From contig NC_042998.1 of assembly GCF_006345805.1 (NCBI RefSeq), positions 27,590,001 through 27,654,000 of the forward strand: DNA of 64,000 nt, written 5' to 3'. The DNA comes from Octopus sinensis. Lineage: Eukaryota. Below are positions 12,020 to 25,185 of the stretch, piece after piece. The notes beneath the pieces were generated by a model. It saw only the letters and a program-made list of their open reading frames with translations, was not told where the DNA came from and ran no database searches. The position numbers and the translations under genes are program-made. Each line of letters begins with the position of its first letter. The first letter of the stretch is position 1.

Positions 12020-12240
12020 TATATATGTATGTGTGCGTGTTTGTGTGTCTGTGTTTGTTCCCCTAGCATTGCTTGACAACCGATGCTGGTGTGTTTACGT
12101 CCCCGTCACTTAGCGGTTCGGCAAAAAGAGACCGATAGAATAAGTACTGGGCTTATGAAAAGGATTAGTCCCGGGGTCGAGTTGCTCGACTAAAGGCGGT
12201 GCTCCAGCAGTCAAATGACTGAAACAAGTAAAACAGTAAA
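11718..12240 (+). mobile_element. CORE-like SINE (head type B) with expanded internal (TA)n
   Basis: Family consensus head to tail. Confidence 0.85.
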
Positions 12241-13919
12241 AGAGTAATATGTATATATATATATATATATATCTACTTATATATATAAGAGATAATGGTG
12301 TCATTGAGATCCATAGATGTCAGGTAATGCTGAATAGGTGCTATAGACAGACCATAGTTAAGTTCCAGATTTGGTAATATTGCGAATAAAGGGTTGAACG
12401 TTGGTTCTATGTCAGCGTGTGTATATATGAATTTTTTGCGTAATGAAATAAAAAAAAAAAACTAAGGCTGTATAGAGATATTAGAGCATTTATAGATAGA
12501 CCTTATATCTATAAATACTCTAATATCTCTATACAGCCTTGGTTTTTTTTATCTCATTAAGCAAAAAATTCATATATATATATATATATCTTAACGTTAT
12601 GTTTTCAAATATGGTTGTTGCATGACTTGACGATTGCATTTATGCCAAGAAAGTTTTGTTATGATAATAGATTATCTGTAGTTTGTATTAATATGTTTAT
12701 ACGTATAAAGACGTATATATACGTATGCACACACACATACACGCACACACATATCTGTAGTACACACACAACACACAACACATATATTTACACATGAGAA
12801 AAACGATGTATGGAAATGAATATCACAAATTTATGAACATGAAATATATTGCAGCTGTTGTTAACCGGAATAAATCGAGATAGAAGATAGAATGTCGCTC
12901 TGTGTTGGCTAATTATCAACTGTATATTAATGAATATTTTGATGGGAAACAATCAAACAATATTTCCTAAAGTAGATACGCAAGATAAATATAGTTATAT
13001 TGTTTAATGTAGTGGCTTCGTTGAGAAAGTTATTACCGCTAAATCAATAGGTTTGAATAATGATTGAATGTAATATTGTTGAGATTGAGCATTATCGTAT
13101 TAGCATAGATTTATAAATGTTATTCGTATAAATATTTCGAGAGATAGAAGGCAATAAATAAGAACTTTTGAAGTTTCTAAATATATGTTTCTCGCGATAA
13201 TATGCTTTAGTCAACTTGCTTATTGTTTTACTTTGCAAGTATATAATCGTTCTGAGAGAATTTGCAATGCTGACGAAAATGAAAACAGTCGTTTTTCAGG
13301 AATACATATGCCACATTAAAATGTTAACATTCTAAAAGCAACAGTGATTAACAGATATCATGACTTGATTAAGATTAGTTTCAGACGCACGCAAATCAGT
13401 TTAAATCTACTTCGATAAGAAGTTTAGTCCTTTAGTTTGCAATTAATGTTTCATCTTTTACTTGTTTCTGTCTTTGGAATGTGGCCATGCTGGGGCACCG
13501 CTTTCAGGGGTTTAATCGAACAAATCGATCCTAGTACTTATTATCCCATCTATTTGGCAATTTATTGATCCCTCAAGAGTAAAAGTTTTAAGGTTTCGAA
13601 GCAAAGAAGCACCTAATATCATTTTTCATCTCTTCACAGTTAATAGACTTTTGTTCTTCGAAATAATTTTCGTAATAAGCTGAAAATATGATAGTTAAAT
13701 GGAGTAAAGTTAGGAGAACAAACGAAATGATGCACAATTTCGATATTAAATGCCATAATCTTTTACTGAGTGACTGGAATAACATGTTGCCTAGCAAGAC
13801 TCCTTTACGACTGACCTATGATGGGCGATTTTCTGTAAATTTTTGTACAGTTTTTTTAATTGACGGCAATCCTTCTCCGCACGCATTAATTGTTACGTTT
13901 TGGTTTGACACTTCATTAT

Positions 13920-14545
13920 TTCATTATATTGGCCATAAGGCCTGACACAGAGAAAGGAAGCTGCGGGCTGGACATAGACATAATGTTATATGAAGTGAAA
14001 ACGAAAATGATGATTAATGGGGGAAAAAAACGACGCCCACCGATCGATTTTTCCCAAGAACATTGATCTCTTGTATATTGTTCATGAGGCAACAAACCGC
14101 TACACTGTTCACAATATTCAATAACATAATTCAATAACAAAATGAAGCGCTAAGCCTCTTACCTTTCTTTGAGGCTTTTCAACTTCTTATCACTATTCCT
14201 CCTCAACATCGCTTATGCCCGCATACTCTACCATCACCCACGCCTCATTTAAGATCAAAGCGGGTGCCGTGTCGGCGTCGCCCGGCCACAAGCGATATTC
14301 CTCATTGAGTCCCTTCAGCCTACTCATCACGGGTAACGTTATAACCTCCACAGCTATCTGCGGAGGCCAGTCGGGATCTTGTGTGCAGCCTAAAGGTACT
14401 CCCTTATGGTACTTTTCCACCACCTTTTCTACCTCTCCGCCTCTATAGAAGAAGACTAATAATTCGTCTTCCTCCGGGTGCGGGATAGTCAATTCTACAG
14501 TTGGCGGCACAATTCCCGCCAACGGTGTCTTTTCCCCTGCCGGTG
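13920..14545 (-). mobile_element. Retroposed-looking insert with a stop-free ~117-codon ORF of unknown function
   Basis: Flanked by a 19-bp repeat (TGGTTTGACACTTCATTAT 13901-13919; TGGTTTAACACTTCATAAT 14546-14564). The ORF is open from the 5' junction to TAG at 14193, and the minus-strand 3' end reads AATATAATGAAATAATGAA. Confidence 0.6.
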
Positions 14546-15084
14546 TGGTTTAACACTTCATAATAGACGACACCTTTCACATGCCATTAAATATAGATTA
14601 CAATTTTTTTCGGGCGTATTTCTGACTTGGGGATAGACTCTCCTTTTTTCATTGGATGCCAGCCATTGTCGTTTTCGTTGTATATGATTATAGAGAAGCC
14701 AATTTTGATCAATTGTGATGTTTCTACCCAAGAAATGTTCGGTATCAAGTTTTCTTTTCAATGACGAGCAGACGGCGATTCTTTGATCAAGCTGAGAAAC
14801 ACTCATATGATGAAGGGTCACTGACCAGATTTGAATAGTTTTCCTAGTTAATGGAATTGTCTTATGAACGATGTGGGACTTGGATTGAACTGTTTGCTAA
14901 TTTTCGAATAGTCTGATTTGGATTTTCTTCAATTGCAGTTTTCAGAAGCTTTTTGTTGATCGAACTTGGCTCCCCAGATCGATGGGAAGCTGCGAGAGGA
15001 AAATTTCTTTAGCAAAACTGGTCAAACCATTGTTAGCATGTTCGGACATTTCCATAGACAGAATATATCTTACCGATATATCTT

Positions 15085-15512
15085 TAAGGCGGCGAGCTGG
15101 CAGAAACGTTAGCACGCCGGGCGAAATGCTTAGCGGTATTTCGTCTGTCGCTACGTTCTGAGTTCAAATTCCGCCGAGGTCGACTTTGCCTTTCATCCTT
15201 TCGGGGTCGAAAAAATATGTACCAGTTACGCGCTGGGGTCGATATAATCGATTTAATCCGTTTGTCTGTCCTTGTTTGTCTCCTCTGTGTTTAGCCCCTT
15301 GTGGGCAGTAAAGAAATAGAAATAGGTATTTCGTCTGTCGCTACGTTCTGAGTTCAAATTCCGCCGAGGTCGACTTTGCCTTTCATCCTTTCGGGGTCGA
15401 TAAAATAAGTACCAGTTACGCACTGGGGTCGATATAATCGATTTAATCATCCGTTTGTCTGTCCTTGTTTGTCCCCTCTGTGTGTAGCCCCTTGTGGGCA
15501 GTAAATAAATAA
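15085..15512 (+). mobile_element. Deu/Nin SINE dimer inside the mariner
   Basis: Flanking repeat GAATATATCTT(A/G)CCGATAT at 15061-15079 and 15513-15531. Confidence 0.9.
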
Positions 15513-15594
15513 GAATATATCTTGCCGATATGAATTTAGCCACTATAGTACGGGTTCATAGGCTGACCAAGATACTGTCATGGAATGTTACTAT

Positions 15595-15835
15595 ATGAGG
15601 CTAATTTTTCAACATAGCTCACCATTCCGCCTTGCGTCCACACATTTTTTTCCATCGGTGTTGCGGTGCTTGGATTCCGTTGGTGAAGAAACTTTCGTCC
15701 TGTTGGTCAAAAAAGTCATCATCATCAGCAGATATGACATCACCATCACTGCGATACTGGTTTCCAACTAAGTGATTTTTTTCATGTTGAGGAACAAATG
15801 TTAGTCAGATGGGGACAAATCAGGAGAACAAGGAC
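15595..15835 (-). pseudogene. Second mariner transposase, C-terminal fragment
   Basis: Across frameshifts: CSPDLSPSD*HLFLNMKK..LVGNQYRSDGDVISADDDDFFDQQDESFFTNGIQAPQHRWKK, then a terminal YVEK* like mariner ends. Confidence 0.75.
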
Positions 15836-17209
15836 GGTGTTCAGCTAATTCAATGCCACAGCAACGCACAATAACCATTGAAACCAAAGACTTTTCAAAC
15901 TAATATATTGGTGAAGGAAGTAAACATCTGCAAAAAAAAAAAGCCATACAAAAGACAGTGACTTCGAATTTAAAAATGCACTTTGTGATATTTGTTCTTC
16001 CATCTTTGACAATTTCTCGTCTCTCTCACCATCAGAAATGGAACAAACCATTTGGAACCTGTAGTCAATGTCGACGCTATTTTTCACTGATTCCGATATA
16101 AAATAAAATGTCACTCTGGGGGAAAGAAAGACATTGATAAAGAAGCCTTGTGTATAATTTACATTCGAAGCAGATATGGAAATCAAAATCTCTTAACATT
16201 TTCAAATGATAGCTGCCATTATTGGCTGTAAAGATGATTAGAGAGGATTATCTCTAATATACTTATTTCAGTCCAAGTTGAGTAAACATATAGCTAATTA
16301 TTAGAGATTCTAGCAAAAGAGCCTATTGTTAACGTATGTTTTGAAATATTGATTTTTTAACTTAGGCTGGCACATGGCCACAAATTTTAAGTTAAAAGGT
16401 ATAGCCAATTAAATCGATTACTGATAATTATTTTATCGACTCCGTTGGGATGAAAGGTAAAAATCAATCCAGGCATGCTTTGAACTGAGAACGTAAAGAG
16501 ACGTTAACTAAAGAACGCAAAACGTTTAGTCCGGCATTCTACCGCTTCTTACAATCTCCACGCTTTTACAATATCATAAATTGTATTACTATAGTGTTTC
16601 TCGGAAAGTTATTAACGTTTAAGACTCTTGAAATTTGATTAAAAATATTTCGGTTACGTAATCCACTAAATTTCGCATAAGGCTCGTTGCTAAATTATTC
16701 TGAAAATATATGATTATGCAGAATCTTTTAATGAGCTTAATCCGATATTAAAGCTTTTATACATAACGTCTACCTTTTTCTGCTTTTCTTTGAAATATCT
16801 CTAAAAAGAAAAAAAAAAGAACCCTTTTATTACTGGGCTTTTTTTGTGATAAATTATATAGAGAATCAATATATTCACACTTTTTTTTATTGATTACTAC
16901 TAAAATCAGTGAAAATTGTTTTTAGCTGTTGCAATTAAATATTTCAAGAATCGCACTTAGACGTCTTAAACATAAACAAGTAGAAGAAATTATCAAATTA
17001 TCCCTTGCAAGAAAACAAAATTTATCCCGAAACTTCAAAGAAATTCTTGTTAGTTCATATTTGTCAAGAATCTATACATAATTTATGTTGCTTCTCATTG
17101 AATTATCTACAGAAATTCTATCTTTGAAATAGAAATATGTATTGCTCTGGGAAGTTTCAACGACGTGATTGTGTGATTTCGTTATGTACGAGTGGGTGTG
17201 TGGATATAT

Positions 17210-17385
17210 ACGCATGTATGTATGTATGTATGTATGTATGTATGTATGTATGTATGTATGTATGTATGTATGTATGTATGTTTGTATGTATGTATGTATG
17301 TATGTATGTATGTATGTATGTATGTATGTATGTATTTATGTAGGTAGGTAGGTAGGTAGGTAGGTAGGTAGGTAGGTAGGTAGTT
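17210..17385. repeat. (TATG)n-(TAGG)n microsatellite
   Basis: Directly visible. Confidence 0.95.
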
Positions 17386-18323
17386 ATGTAGGTCTGTCAG
17401 TCTTTCTCAATCTACGTATGTTTGTATGAAGGCACGTATGTACATACGTGCATATGTATATTTCTATGCATGTATAAATGTATGTATATATACCTGCATA
17501 CATGTATGCGTGTCGATACCAACGAATGGAAAATGTACATGCAGAATCATGTAGGTATGTGTGAGTGGTAGATAAAGATAAATAGTAAAAGATATAGAGA
17601 GAGCTACACAGAGATAGAGATAGAAACCTCAGAAACCTAGGACAGATAGATTGAGAGAAATATAGAGAGATAGACAGTGAGAGATATGGCCGCAAGTTCC
17701 AATCAAGTATTAACTTCAAAATAGTCGAAACACATTCTTAACTGTCCAATATTTCATATTTGGAAGACGTTCAAAGGCCTGAAGTAAACTATTCTTTATG
17801 CTTTTACTTACAAGAGAGTAATAAGTTTCTAATGACGCAAGATTTTCTCTGAATCTTATAGATATATCAGTGTGAACAGATATCAGAATCACTTATACCC
17901 CTTTTAAGTACCATCCAATTGAAACGCACCAATATAACCGTCTTAAATCAGGCTGCAGATGCATTGAATATAATTTCTACAAATTCCATGATCTCACCTC
18001 ATTCTGGTGACCATGACTACTTAAGAGAGCGCATTAACATTATTTAATATAGTTCTGAGGTTTATATTATACTAGTTTTAATAGGGTATATATCTTTCGT
18101 CTTTTAACTATTTCAGTCATTAGACTGCGGCCATGCTGGTGTACTGCCTTGAAGAATTCTTTGTCGAACGAATCAACCCTAGTACTTACACTTTTTTCAG
18201 AGCCTGGTACTTATTTTACCAGTTTCCTTGCCGAACCACTTTGTTACCGGGACGTAAACACACCATCACCGGTTGTCAAGCGGTGAAGAGGGACAAACAC
18301 AGACACACAGACAAAGACAAACT

Positions 18324-18363
<40 letters not shown>

Positions 18364-18389
18364 TTACATCAAATCACAACCACACACAC

Positions 18390-20545
18390 ACACATACCTC
18401 GGCTTAAGTCGTTCTCGATTATATGTCGGTTTTCAAAAATAATAAATGGAAAAATAAAAATCTAGTTGAGTCATTTCACTCGACTTTACGTCTGTCCGCC
18501 ACAAATATTGGAATCGTAAAATCACTAGAAAACCGTTAAAAGCACATAAAATCATGTTGCTGTACAATAAATAAGAATAGAAACATATAAAATCATATCA
18601 AAAGTTGTACAGTAAATGTTAAGATACACACCATAAAGTTGTGTAGCTTAGTAAACGAAATCATGAAATCAGCTGTGTTGTCTTATTTATCGTCTTTCAG
18701 ATCTCATATTGCATTGTAGTTCCAATATCTACCGTTAGGCGTCGTTGTCACTTGTGATTCCCACGATTGTTTTGAATTCAGACTGGTTTATGTCTGTTTA
18801 TCGACTACTTTCTTATTCTCATTCATTTGTGATTTTATTTTTTGCCCCCATGGCTCCTAAGAAAATTCATAGTGAAAATGCTAAGCGTCATGCTATAACG
18901 CCGGAAGATAAACTGGCTATGATAAAACGCTGTGAAAAAGTGGTAGCAATTGCACGATCTTTTGGGATGAGTATCGACGATTGTACAAAATAAGGCCAAG
19001 ATTTTAGCACATATCAAATCTGAAGCCCCAGGGATGAAGAACACTGTCATCAATAAGAAAAGAGGCAAAATCTTTGAAGAAATGGAAAGTCTTCTTTCTC
19101 TTTCGATTGTTAGGTTGAATCGTCAGCATGCTACTATTAGTCAAGAAATCATTCAAGAGAAAGCGCTGTCTTTATTTGAGGACCTGAAGAAAAAATATCC
19201 AGATGAGAAAGATGTAGAGTTCAAGGCAAGTCAAGGATTTGTCATGAGATTTAAGGAGCGAAGAAGTTATCACTCCATTAAGAAGGTGAAAGTGCATCAG
19301 CTGACGAACAAGCAGCAGCGGAGTTTCCTTATGCATTAAAGAAAATCATCGAAGAAAACGGGTTTCTTTCTAAACAAATTCTTAACGTGGACGAAACTGG
19401 ATTGTATTGGAAAAAACTGCCAGACCGTTCATTCATTTCCAAGGAGGAGAAAACTGTTCCAGGCTACAAGGTCTCAAAAGAACGTGTGACCATTTTGTTG
19501 GGAGGTAATTGTGCAAGAGATTTTAAGTTAAAGCCATTGCTTGTGTATCATGCACACAACCCCCGTGCCCTGAAGAACATACCCAAGGCATCTCTCCCTT
19601 TTATATGGATGGCTAATTCAAAAGCATGGGTTACTGTTGGTGTTTTTGAAGATTGGTTCTTCAGTCAAAATATCCCAGCAGCAGCAGAGAAGTACTGCAA
19701 GGAGAAGGGTTTTACTTATCTTAGATAATGCTCCTGGCCACCCGCAAAGCATCGTAGATTTTGACCCCAACGTTATCTATTTCTTTATTACCCACAAGGG
19801 GCTAAACTTAGAGGGGACAAACAAGGACAGACATAGGTATTAAGTCAATTACATCGACCCCAGTGCGGAACTGGTGCTTAATTTATCGACCCCGAAAGGA
19901 TGAAAGGCAAAGTCAACCTCGGCGGAATTTGAACTCACAACGTAACGGCAGACGAAATACCGCTAAGCATTTCGCCCGGCGTGCTAACGTTTCTGCCAGC
20001 TCGCCGTCGTATACCTCCCTCCCAACACCACGTCTCTTCTGCAGCCAATGGATCACGGACTAATTGCTATCTTCAAGCGTTGCTACATGAAGCGTACGCT
20101 GCGGCAAGCAATAGCAGCAACTGATCTTCATGAGTCCATCACAGTTCGTGACTTTTGGAAGAGATACGATATCTACAAGGCTGTACAGAACTTAGCAGTG
20201 GCATGGAATGATGTACAGAGCATGGCTATGAATGGTGTACGGAAGAAGCTATGTTCACAATTGGTGAATGATTTTAAGGGGTTTGATATTGTTGCGATCA
20301 AGAAAACGTTGGTGACTCCGAGCAAAGAACTGGAAATGGATTTGGAAGAGGAGGATTTCACGGATTTATCTGAAAAAGACAAGCAGCCGTTGATAAACGA
20401 GGATTTGATAGAGCTACAAGGGCAGCAAAATATAGAAGAAGAGGAAGTCGAACCTGAGCCACGTCACTTTACCATGAATAAAATGCAGCAAGCATTTGTA
20501 TATATCGAAAAAGGTCTTTCTATGTTCGAGGATATGGCTCCAAAT
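18390..20545 (+). mobile_element. Tigger/pogo DNA transposon; left end and nearly complete but disrupted transposase (starts at 18850)
   Basis: Left end CACATACCTCG resembles the Tigger TIR. CENP-B-type HTH (IQEKALSLFEDLK..FKASQGF..RFK); DDE motifs NVDETGLYWKKLP, LILDNAPGHP and LPPNTTSLLQPMDHG. Frameshifts and a SINE at about 19778-20006; right end lost. Confidence 0.92.
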
Positions 20546-20569
20546 ACATACATACCTACATACATAGAT

Positions 20570-20604
<35 letters not shown>

Positions 20605-20618
20605 ACACACACATACAC

Positions 20619-20677
<59 letters not shown>

Positions 20678-20693
20678 AGTTCTCAACCGGTAC

Positions 20694-20902
20694 TTAACGG
20701 TTCGGCAAAAGAGACCGATAGAATAAGTACTAGGCTTACAAAGAATAAGTCCTGGGGTCGATTTGCTCGACAAAAGGCGGTGCTCCAGTCATTTGACTGT
20801 GGCCATGCTGGAGCACCGCTTTTTGTCGAGCAAATCGACCCCAGGACTTATTCTTTGTAAGCCTAGTACTTATTCTATCGGTCTCTTTTGCCGAACCGTT
20901 AA
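20694..20902. repeat. 95-bp inverted repeat (fold-back) of a head-type-B SINE segment
   Basis: Arms 20694-20788 and 20808-20902 with one mismatch; 19-nt spacer. Confidence 0.92.
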
Positions 20903-23900
20903 AATTGCTGGCCTTGTGCCAAAATTTGAACCCAGTGTCTCTTTAAGTGACTCAGGTGGTGAGCTGGACAAAACGCTTGACCGCAATTTTTTTTTTTTAT
21001 CTGAGTTCAAATTCCGCCGTGGTCGACCTTACTTTCATTATTTCGGTAGCAATAAAATAAGTACCTGCTGAGTATTGGGGTCGATGCTATCTGTTAACCC
21101 CCCCCTCCCCCCACATCTCCAAATTTCAGGCCTTGTGCCTTCAGAAGAAAGAAATACTTTTAAGTCAGATTTCTAACACCAAAACTGCGTTAAGTTGCCA
21201 AACCTAAGCATTAAAATATAGTTGGAATTATCTATTTTACACTTATTCTCTCATTTTGTTTAGAAATCATGATTTTTATGAAGACCTGATTTATATTTTA
21301 GTCATGACGCCTCAAGCTTGTGATACAATAAATGTACAGTTTTTATTTCTTTATTTTAAGTCTACCAAAGAAATTATCACTCAGCCATAATGTAAGATGG
21401 AATTTATTTTCGTCGTTTATTTGCACATTGTTTTATGAGTCCATTGATATTTACGGCTTCCATTTTTATTTTATGAGCGTCTATGTGTATAGTCGGAATA
21501 GCAAGACAAAACGCTTGTCCAAACATTTGATGCGACGCTAAAATAACTCTTAAGTGTTTAAATATTTACTAACTCATGAATTGAATGAATCCATTTCATT
21601 ATCCGACCCCGAGTGAGAAAATAAACCAAATATATCCTGTAACGATCAGATATGTGTTTAAATGTTAACTACCTATCCCAGTCAGATAAAGATAACGATT
21701 GACTAAGAACTAACCTTTTAGATTATTGAAACTTCAAAATAGATTCTTGATTCATACACCCTTTGGGAAAAATTACAGCTTAAGCAAATATTTACTTACT
21801 GTAGGAATTAGTAATTAACTAAAAGTGTCAAACCAAGCACATTATGGTAAATTAACGTTTTGTGATTTCCCTTAGGGTCTCGCTGTCAATTTAATGGGCT
21901 GTATTAGTTTAAAATTCCTAATAATATTATTTGGTTAGATGTGTTCATTGTCCAAAGAACTATAGAATTACCTAGCTCTCGGCAAGCCAAGGTCGACACT
22001 GTAATATATATTCAAATTTAATTGAGTCATTTCAATTCTCATAACTACAATTTCTAGCTGTAATTAATAGCCTGGAGGAGGATGGACAACGCCGAGTTAA
22101 CATGTCCTCATCTTACAACATAAAGACGAATTTCAGCCACTCATTAAAGTATACACAATGTTTTCATTTCATATATTGTCTGGTGCATTCAAAATGTCGA
22201 TATACTGAGATGGAACTGGTTTAATTGAATTGATATCGTCTCTAATAAGAGACAACGGGTATTATATTAATGAAGCAGTATTATTTCTTTGGTAAGAATA
22301 TTTATAATCCAATATAAATACATATATGCGGAAGGGGACAGCTCTCTACCCTAAAGGGTATCGCATAATCAACGAGTTATTTGTTAGGTGGAAATGCCTC
22401 TCTCGACTTTCACGTACGAAACCCATAATAGACATTATTACTACCCAGAGGAAGAAGAACAGAGAAACATCTCTCTAATGTCGGAGGATGAAAAATAAGA
22501 AACAAAGAAGCACAATTTGTAAGGAGACCAAATTCAAAATACGGTTTAGACAGATTATTGGAAAAATGGTTTGAAACACATTAAGGTAAATTGTAGTAAC
22601 ATTTGGCTCTAAGTGAAATCCTGTGCATGAATATTTTACGTTATCAAGCATCTTTATTAAAGTACACGTTCATGAATCTTCGGTTCGGGCATGCTTTTAT
22701 TTCGGTAAACCATAAGAAAAATAAAGTAAGTTTCAGAGAAAGCAATAGAGTGTAGAGTTCACGCAAGTTTAATAACAAAAACCCAAAACTTACTTGAAAG
22801 TTTATTGTATTCGTATTTATTTTGATAAACAATTAAAAAGAAAAAACCCGTTTTGTATTAAATTTCTATAGTCTTTGTCTATATATAGAAATGAAATGGT
22901 TTAGAGGATAAATATTTTACTATAATTTTAAGAGCCGTGATTTGAAAATGGTAGCAGATTTTCATTGTATCTTATTCAAATCTAAGTCTCATGTGAAGAA
23001 TAATAACCGGATTTTAGAAAATGTTACGTGCAACGAATATATTTAGGAAAGATACATCTGTCATACAGTAAATATTACAGAAGTCATGTCTAAAGATCGC
23101 CAGCAGCCTTAGTATATTCTGGATAGTAAGTCAACTATTATTGCAGGTTGTATTGGCATAAGGAGTAAGCACATTAGAGCAAGGGGCACGATCCGACTAC
23201 GCAAGTGTTTCAAATCGGTTTCGATTTCCAGTTTAAATGCTCACGGGAGAGGCATGAGCAATTTTATTTCCAATATGAATTTAGACTTTTGTTTAATAAC
23301 TCCTTATCTAGTCACAAAGGAGAAAGAACATTTCCGAGAAGCATTCTTACAGAAGATGGAGATAAAGTGCTTGAGAAATTAAGAGAAAGACGATTCTAAC
23401 AACCACGAATAAACAACATACGAGAAAATATTAATAGTGACAGTTAATAAATTAAAAATGAAATAGGGGAGAAATGGGAGATATCAAAATGTTAATTCTA
23501 TATTTGGTATTCATAATATAATGTTAACTGCAAAGATAATCTTTTTCAATCTGAAATTTTAATTATTTGGTAATGCATAGGATTATGGACAGCAGCTCTT
23601 GGCAGCGTAAAGAGAATACCGTTTTAGCTTCACTGATAATAAATGAGCATTACGCCTCTTCACGTTTTCTGTCAGCGATGTTTGTCGATAAGGCTTAAGC
23701 GATAAATTTTCTCATTAACAGTATCAGGTTAATTTACTTTAAGTATTAAATATTTTGTGGACACATCTGTACTGCACCATTACAGAATGCAGAATTTTGC
23801 GAATATCAAACAAGAAATCAAATTAGGAATCTGTTTTGCTATTGGTAACATTTCATCTAAATCACTAGTTTTAGCTTGTATTTGTAAAAATTTTTGCCAT

Positions 23901-24339
23901 CATTTATTATCTTGATGTCTGGGCCGATAATTGTAACAAAACAGCAGCGTTTTGAGAGCATTGCAGAAACAGCACAGTGTCAAAAGAAAATATCTTAATA
24001 TTTTCAAAATTTTTAAAGTTCAAATCCCAATTTTGGCTTAGTTTCTAATTCTTCTAGAATGTCTATTGATGGATGTATTAATTTGAACATTATTATTCCA
24101 TGGACTGAGAGTCATGGTTTCTCAGAATCGTTAGGATATCGGAAGAAAACTATTTTGTGTAGTTTATTATGGCTCTTTACATTTTGAGTTCAAATCCCGT
24201 TGAAGTGAACTTTGCTTTCCTTCTCACCGGGGCCAATAACGAATATTATCGGTCAAGTTCACTGGCCGGTGGTATCAAATAACTTTGTGCAAAATTTCAG
24301 GCCCTGAGCGTATGTTAGATAAATAATTATTACGTCTCG

Positions 24340-24463
24340 GTGAGACCTAAGTTTTTAGTCCCACTGCGTGGCACCTTAGGCAAGTGTCTTCTACTATAGC
24401 CTCTGGCCAACGAAAGCCTTGTGAGTGGATTTGGTAGACGGAAACTGAAAGAAGCCCGTCGTA

Positions 24464-24517
<54 letters not shown>

Positions 24518-25185
24518 ACTCAAAGGAATTTCAACCCTGTATGTTTTTTATGCTTTATTTATATTCTTATAATATTAATATAGGATATATAGTAAGAAAG
24601 AAATGAAATGAAGTATCGATCGTCTTATTGAAGAAATTAAATATTGAAAATTAAATATTAAATGTCTATTCTCATTGAACTAGTATACTTTCTTGCATTT
24701 AAGCATTCACCAGGTTCAGATTGTGACAGGAACGCTTCGACTGTGTGTATATATATATTTTCAAAATGTGACCTCGTGTGTACCGTTGGCGATTTTTTTC
24801 CCTCTGTCTTCCCTTTTCTGGATCTTTCCTTCTCCTATGTTTCCGACGAAGAGCTCCGCTCGAAACGTTAAATCCTTCTTCTTTCCTTTCCTGAGCGTCC
24901 AATAATACTATATTTGTTTCACGTCCTCGCGTTGTTGTGTTTTTGTGTGCTTTCTTGTTTGGATTAACTGTATATATATATTGTTTATTGTTTGTATCTG
25001 TATTTGTCCCCCCGCCATCGCTTAACAACCGATCCTGGTGTGTTTACGTCCCCGTCACTTAGCGGTTCGACCAAAAGAATAAGTACTAGGCTTACAAAGA
25101 ATAAGTCCTAGGTTCGATTTATTCGACTAAAAGTGGTGCTCCAGTATGACTGCAGTCAAATGACTGAAATGAATAAAAGCGTAAA
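24340..25185 (+). mobile_element. CORE-like SINE whose internal (TA)n is interrupted by about 450 bp including a hammerhead-bearing unit
   Basis: Head half at 24340-24460 and tail half at 24985-25185. Confidence 0.75.
24839..24874 (+). ncRNA. Minimal type I hammerhead-like motif (U4>C)
   Basis: GUUU-CCGACGA-A-GAGC[UCC]GCUC-GAAA-CG-U-U-AAAU; palindromic ACGU stem III typical of minimal Penelope-associated hammerheads. Confidence 0.55.

Larger units (their letters stand above)
13540..15600 (-). pseudogene. Mariner transposase pseudogene, split by a 626-bp insert and a SINE
   Basis: HTH region RTC.QWF..LKTAIEENPNQTIRKLA; RIAVCSSL..FLGRNITIDQNWLLYNHIQRKRQW (first catalytic D region); VSRKGVLL; CSPNFTPFNYH..EEMKNDIRCFFASKP..GINKLPNRW (YSPDLAP.D region). 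Many stops. Confidence 0.85.

Noticed and set aside
15845-16186. 113-aa minus-strand ORF
   Set aside because: No recognisable domain, no ATG start near its 5' end, and adjacent to mariner debris.
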